64,000 nt of DNA from an archaeon (GTDB taxonomy: Archaea; Nanobdellota; Nanobdellia; Pacearchaeales; GW2011-AR1), in assembly GCA_043797265.1 (NCBI GenBank), contig JAZDPV010000018.1, forward strand, positions 27,082 to 91,081. The letters run 5' to 3'. The position numbers were made by a program, and so were the translations under genes. The notes beneath the pieces are model-generated. The model was not told the DNA's origin, did no database searches, and saw nothing but the letters and a program-made list of their open reading frames with translations. Of this stretch, positions 28,212 to 38,622 are shown piece after piece. The stretch's first letter is position 1. Each line of letters opens with the position of its first letter.

Positions 28212-29375
28212 TTATAAAAAGATGCATTCAATATTGGGATTTATGTCTTTAATTTGTTCAGATATTTCCTGATTAAATTGCACGGCGTTTAAAAAAATTC
28301 TTAAATTATTTCTATCTTTGGTAATAATATCTTCGGGTTTTCTGCATATAAGGTTTGTTCCATAAAGTCTTTTGTTTTGTTTTGGCGGACTATTATCCAA
28401 AACTCCTTTGAAAATTTTTTCGTCGAGACCGTAGGCAAAAAGTGGGTGGGCAATGAGACTTGCTCCGAATAGCCAGTTTTCTTTATCTGGTTTTGCGAAT
28501 GTTTTTACTTTATTAATTCTTTCTAAAATTCTTTGTCCGTATTGATCAATCATTTTTTTCGTGTATTCTTTCATGTCGCTTAATTCGTATGATGATGGAT
28601 GATCAATTTTTTCCGCAACAATCTGGATTGAGTAGTCAGTATAAAAAGATATTTCTTTGATATGAAATCCGTGTTTTAGATGCAATTGAATCCAATGTAA
28701 ATTTGTACAAACTGATGTGTGTTCAAAATTTAATACATTCCCATATCCTTTTGAAAAATTATATTCTTGATTTGGGACAGTGGTGATTAGTAGCCCCCCA
28801 TTTTTTAATGCTTTTCGTGAATTCTCAAAATATTCATTAAAATCCATGAAATGTTCTAGGGTGTGGCATGAGATAATTGTGTCAAATTTTTCTTTGAGTT
28901 CTTTTGCGGTTTTACTATTAAAGAGGCCGTTATGCACAATTACATTTTCTCGTGGACCAAAGTAAAGTGGGTCAAATACTTCAACCCCAGAACTATAATA
29001 ACTTAATAATCGTTGAGTAATTTTCCCTTGCCCGGCACCGATTTCTAAAATTCTTCCACTTTTGTGATGTTTTTTTATTAATTCAAAAAGTGAATTATAT
29101 TGCGCTTCCCAAAACTTTCCTATTCCATCAGCATGAAAAATTTCATATAAAACTTCTGGGTCGATGATATCTTTTAGCGTTATGAGCCCACAGTCTTCGC
29201 AAATGCAAATGTTTATTGGGGCGAATTTGTCGTCTTCTCTTGGGGTGTCGATGCAAATCGGCAGAATTGGCATTTTTATATTTACGTGTGGTGGGATGCT
29301 TTCTGAGAGATTAGGAGAAGAACAAGCTGGGCATTTTGTTCTTTGGCTGATGTGTTTTGAAATTTCTTTTTCCAT
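28212..29375 (-). CDS. NDP-sugar C-methyltransferase-like SAM methyltransferase
   Basis: N-terminal CPAC...CEDCG zinc site, LEIGAGQG, HTLEH, EH, LDNSP.KQ..LYGT. Confidence 0.75.
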   Translation of the reverse strand: MEKEISKHISQRTKCPACSSPNLSESIPPHVNIKMPILPICIDTPREDDKFAPINICICEDCGLITLKDIIDPEVLYEIFHADGIGKFWEAQYNSLFELIKKHHKSGRILEIGAGQGKITQRLLSYYSSGVEVFDPLYFGPRENVIVHNGLFNSKTAKELKEKFDTIISCHTLEHFMDFNEYFENSRKALKNGGLLITTVPNQEYNFSKGYGNVLNFEHTSVCTNLHWIQLHLKHGFHIKEISFYTDYSIQIVAEKIDHPSSYELSDMKEYTKKMIDQYGQRILERINKVKTFAKPDKENWLFGASLIAHPLFAYGLDEKIFKGVLDNSPPKQNKRLYGTNLICRKPEDIITKDRNNLRIFLNAVQFNQEISEQIKDINPNIECIFL

Positions 29376-29412
29376 TTTTTTATATAATAAAATATTATTA
29401 TAAATTTATGCT

Positions 29413-30825
29413 TTATTGTTCGAATTCTTGTCTTAGCTCTATTAATCTTTCTCTTGATGGGTGAGGCGGGGATGGAAGGTCTAGAACTGGAGCTCTGAAA
29501 AAATTGACTCCTTGGTCTTTGAATTCGTGGTCTTTGTCTATATAGCCTTTTTTGATACAAAGTTCTCTAATTTCAGTTCCGGGAAATGGGTGTAAAAATC
29601 TGACGGAGAATCTATCTGGCTGAACTCTTTTGTGTAAGGCGATTGTTTCTTTTATCATTTCTTCTGTTTCGCTAGGGAAACCAATCATATAATAGGCTGC
29701 GACTTTCATGCCCTCTCTCCTTATTGCTTCTACGGCTTCTTCGATAACTCCGTCTCTCATTGGTCGATTTAATACGTTTTTTCTTAAATCTGCATTCCCT
29801 GATTCCATGCCCATAGCTACCATTTTGCATCCCATCTCGGCTAAAATTTTTGCTTTTCCAGATTCCCCAATAAGGTTTTCGGGGCGGCTTTGAGTAAAAA
29901 AGCCGACGCCTATATTCCCTTTATATAATTCTGCAAATTTTTCAAAATCTTTTCGAGGCATTGCTGTTACATTTTCGTCAATGAGTTGAATGTGGGTAAA
30001 TCCGGGTTCTTGTTTTTTCCCCATCATTCTTCTGATGTTTTCTTCTGGACTAAAAAATCTATAATTTCCTGGTTGAATGTCCCCTGGGGCTTTCATTTTG
30101 TGTAGTGCAGAATTTATGCAATAGCTGCATTTGTGGGGACACCCTCTACTCCATTCAAAAAATCCGTAGTTTTCTATTTTGCCTTCGAATGGGCGAATCC
30201 TATGTTTTTCGCTTAATAAGCTCCAGTCTGGGTCGGGGGTTTCGTCCATATGGAGAATGGGATAGCGAGAGTTGGTAATGATTTTGCCATTGTTTGTCTT
30301 CGTAACAAGATTTGGAATATTTGAAGTGTCTTGGTTTGTTTCTAATCTTTTTACTAATTCTAAAAGTGGTCTTTCTCCCTCTCCTACGCAAACATAATCG
30401 ATTGCGGGATTTTGGATTGCTTCATATGGGACGACGGTTGCGTGTGAGCCTCCAATGATTACTGGAATTCCAAGTTTTCTTTTTGTTGGTAGAATGAAAT
30501 CGGTTAATGAATGAAATTCGAAAGAAGTTGAAGTAGCGGCAATTAAATCTGGTTTGTATTTTTCTACTTCTTCGTGAAATTTTTCTGTTAAGTCGACTGT
30601 TTCTCTTGTGTGGTCATATCCTGCAACTTTTTTGTATCCCCCTTTTTTACCTTGTCTTATGTCTATATCGTCCTCTAAAAAAGGAGAATTTTTATCTCGA
30701 TAAAATGTTGTATCGAATACCTTGGCTTCTATGCCGTTTCTTTTCAAAGCTCCTCCGAGGGTAGCTATTGATATAGGCATGAATCCGCCCTCTACCCGGT
30801 TGTGATAGACAAATATTACTTTCAT
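29413..30825 (-). CDS. B12-binding-domain radical SAM protein
   Basis: GGSHAT, VGEGE, SRGCPHKCSYC, GMESG, YMIGFP.ET. Confidence 0.9.
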   Translation of the reverse strand: MKVIFVYHNRVEGGFMPISIATLGGALKRNGIEAKVFDTTFYRDKNSPFLEDDIDIRQGKKGGYKKVAGYDHTRETVDLTEKFHEEVEKYKPDLIAATSTSFEFHSLTDFILPTKRKLGIPVIIGGSHATVVPYEAIQNPAIDYVCVGEGERPLLELVKRLETNQDTSNIPNLVTKTNNGKIITNSRYPILHMDETPDPDWSLLSEKHRIRPFEGKIENYGFFEWSRGCPHKCSYCINSALHKMKAPGDIQPGNYRFFSPEENIRRMMGKKQEPGFTHIQLIDENVTAMPRKDFEKFAELYKGNIGVGFFTQSRPENLIGESGKAKILAEMGCKMVAMGMESGNADLRKNVLNRPMRDGVIEEAVEAIRREGMKVAAYYMIGFPSETEEMIKETIALHKRVQPDRFSVRFLHPFPGTEIRELCIKKGYIDKDHEFKDQGVNFFRAPVLDLPSPPHPSRERLIELRQEFEQ

Positions 30826-30910
30826 TTTGTTATTGTTTTTTTTTATGCTTTATATATGTGTGTATGGTTCAGAATAATTATTTTTATAAACTAAATAGGG
30901 GTGGATTATT

Positions 30911-31729
30911 ATGGTTGGTTCAACATATGGTTTGTTTATTGGAGAACTTGTTTCTGTAAGTTTGAATTATTCTATTCCTTCTCATCTTGAAAATTTAAGT
31001 GGTGATGAAAATTTAAGAAGGGTTGATTTGGAAAAATTGTCTGGGGAGTTGGTTTTGGCGGGTTCGTCCCTGGAGAAAAAGAAATCTGAGGGAACTATTT
31101 GGAGGATGGGATTCCCTGGAATGATTTTGGATGTTAATCATATTGGTCAAGCGAGATATGGAGAATTGACTGTTGATGTTTCGCCGATACATCCGCATAG
31201 AGCTGATTTGGCCTATAAGGGGGATAAATCTCTTTCGAGGACACCTGTTCCTTTGACTGTTGGTGCGATGCTTTTGGACGATGAGGGGAATGAGGTTTTG
31301 GCTGTTCGGGGTGGGAAGGTTGAGAGTGGGAAGGTTGTTTCTTTTCCTGGAGGACATGTGGATTTTGAAAATCCAAGAGTTGAGAGTCCGGTCGCAGGTT
31401 TGTATCGAGAATTTTATGAAGAAGTTGGGATGAAGTTTGATTCTTCAAACCATAAGGCTTCTTTGATTGGGGTTATGAACAATAGTGATACTAAAGGGAT
31501 AAATGTACTTTATGCTCTTAAAACACCGTCCTCATTTAAAGAAATAGAGGACTCTTGGAGGAATGCGGGGGATAGATTTGAGCATGATTTGCTTTTCCCT
31601 GCTACTGGGTCGGATTTGAAAAATCTTGCGAAAGATGGGAAGATGACTCGTGGAGGTAGGGAGCTTGAGACAACTCCTTTTTTTAAGGATGTCTTTTCTC
31701 GTTATTTAGATTTTAAGAGTTTGGTTTAA
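30911..31729 (+). CDS. NUDIX hydrolase-like protein
   Basis: FPGGHVD...REFYEEVG Nudix box. Confidence 0.7.
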   Translation: MVGSTYGLFIGELVSVSLNYSIPSHLENLSGDENLRRVDLEKLSGELVLAGSSLEKKKSEGTIWRMGFPGMILDVNHIGQARYGELTVDVSPIHPHRADLAYKGDKSLSRTPVPLTVGAMLLDDEGNEVLAVRGGKVESGKVVSFPGGHVDFENPRVESPVAGLYREFYEEVGMKFDSSNHKASLIGVMNNSDTKGINVLYALKTPSSFKEIEDSWRNAGDRFEHDLLFPATGSDLKNLAKDGKMTRGGRELETTPFFKDVFSRYLDFKSLV

Positions 31730-32433
31730 TCTCCGGTATATCCATCACCGAAGGGATAATTTTTTATTGAATATTCGTAGGCTTTTGGTGTGCCTGTGTC
31801 AAACCATGTAAAATTTTTTACTTTTAATCCTTTTTCGAGAAGTGGTTGCATACCATTTGAAATTTGAATTTCTCCGTCGATTATGCGATTATTTTTTTCT
31901 AAGGCGTCCCAAAATGGTTCATAGTCTTTGACGCCCAGTACTCCGATGTAAGCATATTTGTTGTCGGTTTTTATTTTATCGTCTATTCTGATAACGGTAT
32001 CTTCGTTTAGTTTGACGGAACAAAATCTTTCTGAGTCTTTTATTTGAGCTTTGGAAATGCCTAGCCAATTTGAATCTGGGCAAGTGATGGTTTCTTTTAC
32101 CAGGGTATCTCCTGCGATGTGTACAAATGGGCACATTAGATGATTTTTGCATGAGAGTAATGAGTATCCCGCCCCTGAGCCCTCTCCGACGTATGGGCTC
32201 ACTTCAACGAATGTTAGTTTTCTGTTTGGATATGCGGTTTTTAGAAATGTGATTAGGGATTCTTTTTTGTGGCCCACTGCTATTACAATTTCTATATTTT
32301 CGGGGAATTTTTCTATTATATGGCAGATGGTTGGCTTTCCTCTTACTGGGAGTAAAACTTTGTTGAGATGCTGGCTAAAATGTTGCATTCGACTACCGAC
32401 GCCTGCTGCCAAAATGCATACTTTGTAATCCAT
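31726..32433 (-). CDS. Sugar-phosphate nucleotidyltransferase (NTP_transferase)
   Basis: MDYKVCILAAGVGSRM, NKVLLP, AGD, WFDTGT; likely start 32433. Confidence 0.85.
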   Translation of the reverse strand: MDYKVCILAAGVGSRMQHFSQHLNKVLLPVRGKPTICHIIEKFPENIEIVIAVGHKKESLITFLKTAYPNRKLTFVEVSPYVGEGSGAGYSLLSCKNHLMCPFVHIAGDTLVKETITCPDSNWLGISKAQIKDSERFCSVKLNEDTVIRIDDKIKTDNKYAYIGVLGVKDYEPFWDALEKNNRIIDGEIQISNGMQPLLEKGLKVKNFTWFDTGTPKAYEYSIKNYPFGDGYTGD

Positions 32434-32526
32434 TTTTATATTTGATTTATTTGATTTATAAATTTTTGTGGTAAACCAAATGATATAAATGATTTTAAAG
32501 GGTAGATATTTGGTGGATAATATAAA

Positions 32527-33264
32527 ATGGGAAAAAATAAATATTTGTCCTTGGGGGGTAAAGCTATTTTGATAACTGGTTCTTCTCGTGGGATTGGGGC
32601 AGCGACAGCAAGATTGGCGAAAGAGTATGGGGCCAATGTGATTTTGCATGGGAGGACTGATTCTGAATATTTAAGGGAATTATCAAATGAGCTTGATTCT
32701 AACTATATTTTTTGTGATGTTGGCGATGAAGATGAGGTGAGAAAAAAAGCTAGGGGTTTGGAGGTAGATGTTTTGGTAAATAATGCGGGGATTAATCCGT
32801 CGAAGACCTTTATGGAATTAACAAATAGCAACTGGAGAGATATTTTTGAAACAAATGTTTTTGGAACTGTTAATTTTTCAAAAGCGGTTATCCCTGGGAT
32901 GATGGATAGGGGGCATGGAAAAATAATTAATATAGCTTCTGCTAAGGGTTATTTACATGTTCGTGGAAAACCAGCTTATGCTGCTTCAAAGGCGGCGATT
33001 ATGAGATTGACTTCTAGTATGGCTGAAGAATTTGCACCCTATATTTTAGTTAATGCTGTTGCACCAGGTTTTACTGAAACGAAAATGACTAAGAATACTA
33101 TGTCCTCTAAAATTCAGGAACAGATAAATAAAATACCTCTTAGGAGAATAGCCAATCCAAAAGAAATAGCGGAAGTCATTTTGTTTTTAGCAAGTGATAA
33201 ATCGAGTTATATTACGGGGCAAACTATCGTTGTTGATGGGGGGTTTAGTATTGCAAGTGGCTAA
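32527..33264 (+). CDS. SDR family oxidoreductase
   Basis: TGSSRGIG, NNAG, YAASK, NAVAPG, VDGG. Confidence 0.92.
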   Translation: MGKNKYLSLGGKAILITGSSRGIGAATARLAKEYGANVILHGRTDSEYLRELSNELDSNYIFCDVGDEDEVRKKARGLEVDVLVNNAGINPSKTFMELTNSNWRDIFETNVFGTVNFSKAVIPGMMDRGHGKIINIASAKGYLHVRGKPAYAASKAAIMRLTSSMAEEFAPYILVNAVAPGFTETKMTKNTMSSKIQEQINKIPLRRIANPKEIAEVILFLASDKSSYITGQTIVVDGGFSIASG

Positions 33265-33278
33265 AACGGAAAAAATTT

Positions 33279-33560
33279 TTATTTTCCGCAATAGCTTTCT
33301 CCATAAGGATAGTTTTTCTTTGCGTGTTCATATGAATTTGGAGTTCCATTGTTGTACCATGTAAAGATTTTTGCCTTGAGCTCGATTTCTTTTAATTTTT
33401 GAAGTCCATTTGAAACTTGAATTTCTCCGGTAATAATTTCTTTATTTTCTTTAAAGGCATCCCAAAAACTTTTATAATCATAAATTCCTAAAGGACCAAT
33501 ATGTGCGTGTTTATTGTTTGTTTGAATTTTTTGTGATTTATTTCCATAATTAATTAGCAT
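33279..33560 (-). pseudogene. C-terminal duplicate fragment of the nucleotidyltransferase at 31726-32433
   Basis: DYKSFWDA, GEIQVSNG, FTW..GTP, KNYPYG match the paralog C-terminus; no N-terminal LAAG. Confidence 0.7.
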
Positions 33561-33604
33561 GAAGGGGATTTTTAAACACTTGTATGTTTGGTTGTTTGGT
33601 TATT

Positions 33605-33910
33605 TTAAATGAATTTTCTTTTCCAATCAAGTATGGTTTTTCGTGTAATTCTTACTCTAAAAGTTTTGTTTAGATAATAAACTGTTTGTCCTAAGCTTGA
33701 ACCTTCTTCTAATATTTTTATAGCACTTTTTATAATAATAGGGGAATATCTGAATTTTTTAAAACTATTGTCTATTGTAAAACGTTTCCGACAATTTTTA
33801 CATCGATAAATTTTTTTTTCTATAGAAATATTTTTTCTTATTTGAGCAAAGCGTATATTCTTAGAATTGCAATGAGGGCATTTTTTTAGATTTTTATTCA
33901 AATCAAACAT
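33605..33910 (-). mobile_element. IS1/IS6-like transposase N-terminal zinc-ribbon + HTH fragment
   Basis: CPHCNS...YRCKNCRKRF, then SL......TILDW; no DDE domain follows. Confidence 0.65.
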
Positions 33911-33993
33911 TTTTTATTAAATTTTATTCGAATATATAAATTTATCGATAACTAAACAAATATTTATATATTAAAACATTTTGTTGTGTAGAG

Positions 33994-35622
33994 ATGAAAT
34001 ATAAGGTTTGTATTCTTGCTGCTGGAGAAAACAAACATGTTAGTTATGCTGAAAATTTTCATGTTGCGCTTCTTCCTATTGGGACAAAGGCGGCCATTAG
34101 CAAGATAATTGATAAATTTCCGGAAGATATTGAGATTATTATTGCTGTGGGGTATAATAGTGATTTGATTAAAAATTTTATAAATATGGTTTACCCGAGA
34201 AAAAATATAACTTTTGTTGATATTGCGAATTATTCTGAGCCGGGTTCTGGGCCGGGACGGTCTTTGTTGATGTGTAAGAATCATTTAATGTGTCCATTTA
34301 TTTTTACTTCTGCAGATACTATAGTTTCTGAAGAAATCCCGGAGCCGACCAAAAATTGGATTGGGGTTTCTCGGATTTCTGATTCCGCAGAGTATTGTAT
34401 GGCTGAAGTTGAAAATAATGTTGTGACAAAATTTTATGTTAAGATTCCTACCCCGATGCTTTTGAAGATATCTAAAAATTATAAAACAATTTTGAATAAT
34501 GCATTTATTGGCATGGCGGGGGTACATGATTATGATGTTTTTTGGGATGGGCTTGAGAGAAATCAAGAATTGGTTGCGAAAAAATTGCAGGTTTCAAATG
34601 GTCTTTCTGAATTAATTTCTCATTGTATAGAAGCCATTCCTTTTTTTAACTGGTTTTATGTTGGAAATGAAGCGGGATATAATTTTGCTAATAGATTTTT
34701 TGAGAAGAATCCCGTTATTATTAAGCCGGATGAGTTTATTTATTTTGAAAACGGGAAGGTAATAAAATATTTTAAAGATAAAGAAATTGTTAAGCAAAGA
34801 ATTGAAAGGGCATTTAGGCTTCGTGGAATTGTTCCTGAGATAGTTGATAAATCAGATAATTTTTATTCCTATGATTTTATTGAAGGACAAACCCTCTCAA
34901 AAATTAATGATGTCAAGGTGTTTCGAGAATTATTGGGATTTTGTGAAGATACTATTTGGCAAAAGAAAGAACTGAATGATGCTGATATGAGGAAGTTTTT
35001 TCAAGGTTGTAAAAAATTTTACTATGATAAAACGATGGATCGGATTGATAAGTTTTATCGGGAAAATAAAATCGAAGATAGGGAAGAAATAATTAATGGC
35101 GAAAGAGTTCCTCGCCTAAGAGAATTACTTAAGCAACTTGATTGGGAGAAAATTTCCCAGGGGGTTCCAACGATTTTTCATGGAGATATTCAGCCAGAAA
35201 ATATTTTAATTTGTAAGAAGGGATTTCGGTTAATTGATTGGAGACATAATTTTGCTGGTAACATAGAATATGGAGATATTTATTATGATTTTGCCAAGTT
35301 GCATCATGCGCTTGTTGTAACTCATGATGTAATAAGGAAAAATCAGTTTGATATTCAGAGTAATAAAGATATTATTGGTTATGATTTTTTTATGAAAAGT
35401 AATTTAATGGAATATAAGGATATTTTCGAAAAGTTTGTTGCTGATAAAGGTTATGATTTGGATAAATTGAAGATACTCAGCGCTTTGACTTTTTTAAATA
35501 TTGCACCATTACATCATTTGCCTTATAATAAGTTTCTTTATTATCTTGGGAAATATAGTTTATTTAAGGAAATCGGTCACAATAATTCTTATAAACTAAA
35601 AAATATGGCGGGTAGTGTTTAA
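33994..35622 (+). CDS. Nucleotidyltransferase fused to APH/choline-kinase-like domain
   Basis: N-terminal KVCILAAG, SAD; C-terminal FHGDIQPENIL, LIDWR, GDIYYDFAK. Confidence 0.82.
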   Translation: MKYKVCILAAGENKHVSYAENFHVALLPIGTKAAISKIIDKFPEDIEIIIAVGYNSDLIKNFINMVYPRKNITFVDIANYSEPGSGPGRSLLMCKNHLMCPFIFTSADTIVSEEIPEPTKNWIGVSRISDSAEYCMAEVENNVVTKFYVKIPTPMLLKISKNYKTILNNAFIGMAGVHDYDVFWDGLERNQELVAKKLQVSNGLSELISHCIEAIPFFNWFYVGNEAGYNFANRFFEKNPVIIKPDEFIYFENGKVIKYFKDKEIVKQRIERAFRLRGIVPEIVDKSDNFYSYDFIEGQTLSKINDVKVFRELLGFCEDTIWQKKELNDADMRKFFQGCKKFYYDKTMDRIDKFYRENKIEDREEIINGERVPRLRELLKQLDWEKISQGVPTIFHGDIQPENILICKKGFRLIDWRHNFAGNIEYGDIYYDFAKLHHALVVTHDVIRKNQFDIQSNKDIIGYDFFMKSNLMEYKDIFEKFVADKGYDLDKLKILSALTFLNIAPLHHLPYNKFLYYLGKYSLFKEIGHNNSYKLKNMAGSV

Positions 35623-35623
35623 A

Positions 35624-36445
35624 ATGGTAAAAAAATTAATTGATGAAACTTCGCGTTATCGTTTTGAAAGGATTTACGAAGGAGGGAGTAATATGTGTGA
35701 GTTAGGATCTACTGATAAATTATCAACTACATTTATTCATCATGGGAGCGTTGCGTTGCGTTTCCCATCGCAAAAGAATCGCGGAGAAGTATTTAAACTT
35801 TCTCAAGGGCAGGGATTTATTCTTGCGCCAGGAATTTCATGCAGCCTCTATAATTCTGGAAGACTTGTTGCATATACTGTTTCTTCAAAAATTGATCGAG
35901 AAAGTCCAATAGTTGAAATTATAGAATTTGAAAGCGATAGGAAAGAGGTTGTTTTGGGGGATTTTAGGATTATTAGAGATCCGAAGAGGGTAGAAAAACC
36001 GTGGGGACATGAGTTGTGGGTAAGTTGGTTTATGAATCATCATGTATTGAAACAAATTGGGATGAGTAAAGGTATGCAATCAAGTTTGCAATTCCATCGA
36101 GAAAAACTTGAGACAAATTACCTCGAAAGTGGACGCGCTGACGTGATCGAAGGATATAAATTAAATCCCTTAACTCCCGAGGAAGAGGTGCTAAAATCTT
36201 TAGATGGGATTAATTTTGATGAATATAAAAAAAGAATGTCTCCTGGGGATCATTGGACCTCCCAGGCAGGAACGGCGCATCGAGTAATGGCGGTTACGGA
36301 TTATTTGGCGTATGAAGTTTCAACGCCAGAGTTGGATGATGTTATTAGATTACAGGATGATTCGTGTAGAAATTCTGGGAGGATTGATTCTGAACATATG
36401 GTAGCTGGAGGTAAAAAATGGGAAAAGACAGAAGGGGGAAGCTGA
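35624..36445 (+). CDS. Cupin / mannose-6-phosphate isomerase type II-like protein
   Basis: VEKPWGHE, SLQFHREKLET, HRV, EVSTPELDDVIRLQD. Confidence 0.8.
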   Translation: MVKKLIDETSRYRFERIYEGGSNMCELGSTDKLSTTFIHHGSVALRFPSQKNRGEVFKLSQGQGFILAPGISCSLYNSGRLVAYTVSSKIDRESPIVEIIEFESDRKEVVLGDFRIIRDPKRVEKPWGHELWVSWFMNHHVLKQIGMSKGMQSSLQFHREKLETNYLESGRADVIEGYKLNPLTPEEEVLKSLDGINFDEYKKRMSPGDHWTSQAGTAHRVMAVTDYLAYEVSTPELDDVIRLQDDSCRNSGRIDSEHMVAGGKKWEKTEGGS

Positions 36446-37740
36446 TTCAACTTTATATTAATGAAAAGAGAAAAATTTTAGATACTTTTCCGGTGAAAAA
36501 TGTGGTTGATGCTGCTAATTTAGTAGTGAGTACTTATCTTAATGATGGCACTGTTTTTTCTTGTGGGAATGGAGGAAGTGTCTCTTATGCTGAATGTTTG
36601 GATCTTTATTTATCGAATCATCCGTTCGTAAGAAATGATAAGGGCCGCCCTCTTTCAGAGGATGTTAAAAGATTAAGAACTTATAATTTAACTTCTTCAA
36701 GTGGGGATTTAACGGGAATAGCTAATGATTTTGGGTTTGGGTTTGTGTTTGGGAACCAATTAGAGGCTCAAAGAATAAAGGAAGGTGATTTAGTAGTGGG
36801 TTTTACTAGTAGTGGAAATACGAAGAATGTTTTATATGCTTTTGAGATAGCGAAGAAACATAATGCAAAGACTTTCGTTATAACAAAAGGCAGTGGGGGA
36901 AGCGCAAAAGATTTGGCTGATTTGTGTATTGCAATTCCTGGCGATTCTAATTTCCCAGGACAAATAGGTAAGAATAATAATTGTTTCCACTATGAAGATT
37001 CAATAATGTCTATTATCCATATGATTACTGGTCTTCTTAAGAAAAGAATCCAGCAAATTTATGGACATAAAGAAGATTCGGGGAAAGCCTACTTATTTGA
37101 TTGCGAATTGGTTCGTCTTTATTTAAAGGAGGCGAAAGAGTGTTTGGATAATTTCCCAGTGAGTGATGTTTCTAATATGGCAAAAATGATAGAAGAAGCT
37201 TATTTCAATGGGGGTTCTTTGTATTTGTGTGGAAATGGTTCTAATGCAACTTTGTTGGGGAATTTAAGTTGCGACCTTGGAATACATCCCTTTGTTGGGG
37301 AAGATAAATCTAAATCTAAGTTTGATGATGTAAAAAGATTTAGAGTAGTAAATCTTGCCGATTCGGGTTCAAGAATTTCGGGTTATGCGAATGATTATGG
37401 TATTAGAGAAATATTTAGCCAACAACTAAGAAATCTTAGAATCGGAAGGGATGATTTAGTAATTGGATTTACTGGAAGTGGAAATTCTTCTAATATTCTT
37501 GAGGCATTTAGAGTAGCAAAAAAACATCAATCAAAAACTGTGGGGATCATGAGAAGGGAGAGCGGTTGTGTAGAAGAATTGAGTGACTTATGTATTAAAG
37601 TTTCTACTGACTCAGAATTCCCAGGACAAATGGGAAAAAATCAAGGCAATTTTCATTATGAAGATTCTCTTTTGAGTATTAGCCATATTGTTACGGGGAT
37701 ATTATTATCTAGAATTGAGGAGATTAATTCAAAAGATTAA
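36418..37740 (+). CDS. Tandem double-SIS phosphoheptose isomerase (GmhA-like)
   Basis: Two copies of CGNG, ANDF/YG, GFT.SGN, FPGQ.GKN..FHYEDS. Confidence 0.85.
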   Translation: MGKDRRGKLIQLYINEKRKILDTFPVKNVVDAANLVVSTYLNDGTVFSCGNGGSVSYAECLDLYLSNHPFVRNDKGRPLSEDVKRLRTYNLTSSSGDLTGIANDFGFGFVFGNQLEAQRIKEGDLVVGFTSSGNTKNVLYAFEIAKKHNAKTFVITKGSGGSAKDLADLCIAIPGDSNFPGQIGKNNNCFHYEDSIMSIIHMITGLLKKRIQQIYGHKEDSGKAYLFDCELVRLYLKEAKECLDNFPVSDVSNMAKMIEEAYFNGGSLYLCGNGSNATLLGNLSCDLGIHPFVGEDKSKSKFDDVKRFRVVNLADSGSRISGYANDYGIREIFSQQLRNLRIGRDDLVIGFTGSGNSSNILEAFRVAKKHQSKTVGIMRRESGCVEELSDLCIKVSTDSEFPGQMGKNQGNFHYEDSLLSISHIVTGILLSRIEEINSKD

Positions 37741-38622
37741 ATGGGAAACATAGATAAAAACACAATTGATTTATTGAAAGAGATTGCAAAAGATATTAGA
37801 AGAAGAACTTTAACTTCAATTTATACGGCAGGATCTGGTCATTATGGGTCTTCTTTGTCTTGGTCGGAGATAGCTTCAACTCTTTTTTTCCATGAGATGA
37901 AACTTAACGCGAAAAGTTCACGAGCAAGATTTGCGTGCCCCCCCGTTGAGATTTCTAATTCTTTAGAAAGAGATGTTTTTATTTTATCTAAAGGCCATGG
38001 GGTTCCGACATTGTATTCTGTAATTTCTATTTTGAATCCTAAATATATCTCTCGGGAAAATATTTTAACCCTGAGAAAAATGGGTAGTCCTCTTCAAGGC
38101 CATCCCGTTAGGAATCTTTTGCCTTTAATTGATGCTAGCACTGGGTCTTTAGGTCAGGGATTATCCATAGGTGCGGGAATTGCATATGCTATTAAACAAA
38201 AAGGGGAAGACAGAAGGGTGTATGTTTTGCTTGGAGATGGAGAAATTCAAGAAGGGCAAAATTGGGAAGCATTTATGTCTTCTGCAAATTTGAGATTGGA
38301 AAATTTGACGATAATTGTTGATAAAAATAACTGCCAATTAGAAGGCCCTATTGGGGGAAAAATGCCGTTGGAAAATTTGCCAAATATCTTAGATTGTTTT
38401 GGTTTTTATGTTCAGTGTGTTGATGGTCATAATGTTCCACAAATATTAGATTCTTATGAAAATGCCAGACAAACATCTCTAAGAACTGGGAGGCCATCAT
38501 TCATAATTGCTAATACCGTAAAGGGGAAGGGGGTTTCGTTGATGGAAAGGGAACCTTGGAAGTGGCATAGTAAATTAATGGATGTCGATGATTATCTTGT
38601 TGCAATGAGGGAGTTAGAATGA
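37741..38622 (+). CDS. Transketolase N-terminal (TPP-binding) subunit
   Basis: GSGH, LSKGH, LQGHP, TGSLGQG, GDGEIQEG. Confidence 0.92.
   Translation: MGNIDKNTIDLLKEIAKDIRRRTLTSIYTAGSGHYGSSLSWSEIASTLFFHEMKLNAKSSRARFACPPVEISNSLERDVFILSKGHGVPTLYSVISILNPKYISRENILTLRKMGSPLQGHPVRNLLPLIDASTGSLGQGLSIGAGIAYAIKQKGEDRRVYVLLGDGEIQEGQNWEAFMSSANLRLENLTIIVDKNNCQLEGPIGGKMPLENLPNILDCFGFYVQCVDGHNVPQILDSYENARQTSLRTGRPSFIIANTVKGKGVSLMEREPWKWHSKLMDVDDYLVAMRELE

Noticed and set aside
32434-32649. N-terminal extension of the nucleotidyltransferase in the ORF track
   Set aside because: Overlaps the divergent SDR gene; family similarity starts at MDYKVCILAAG (32433)
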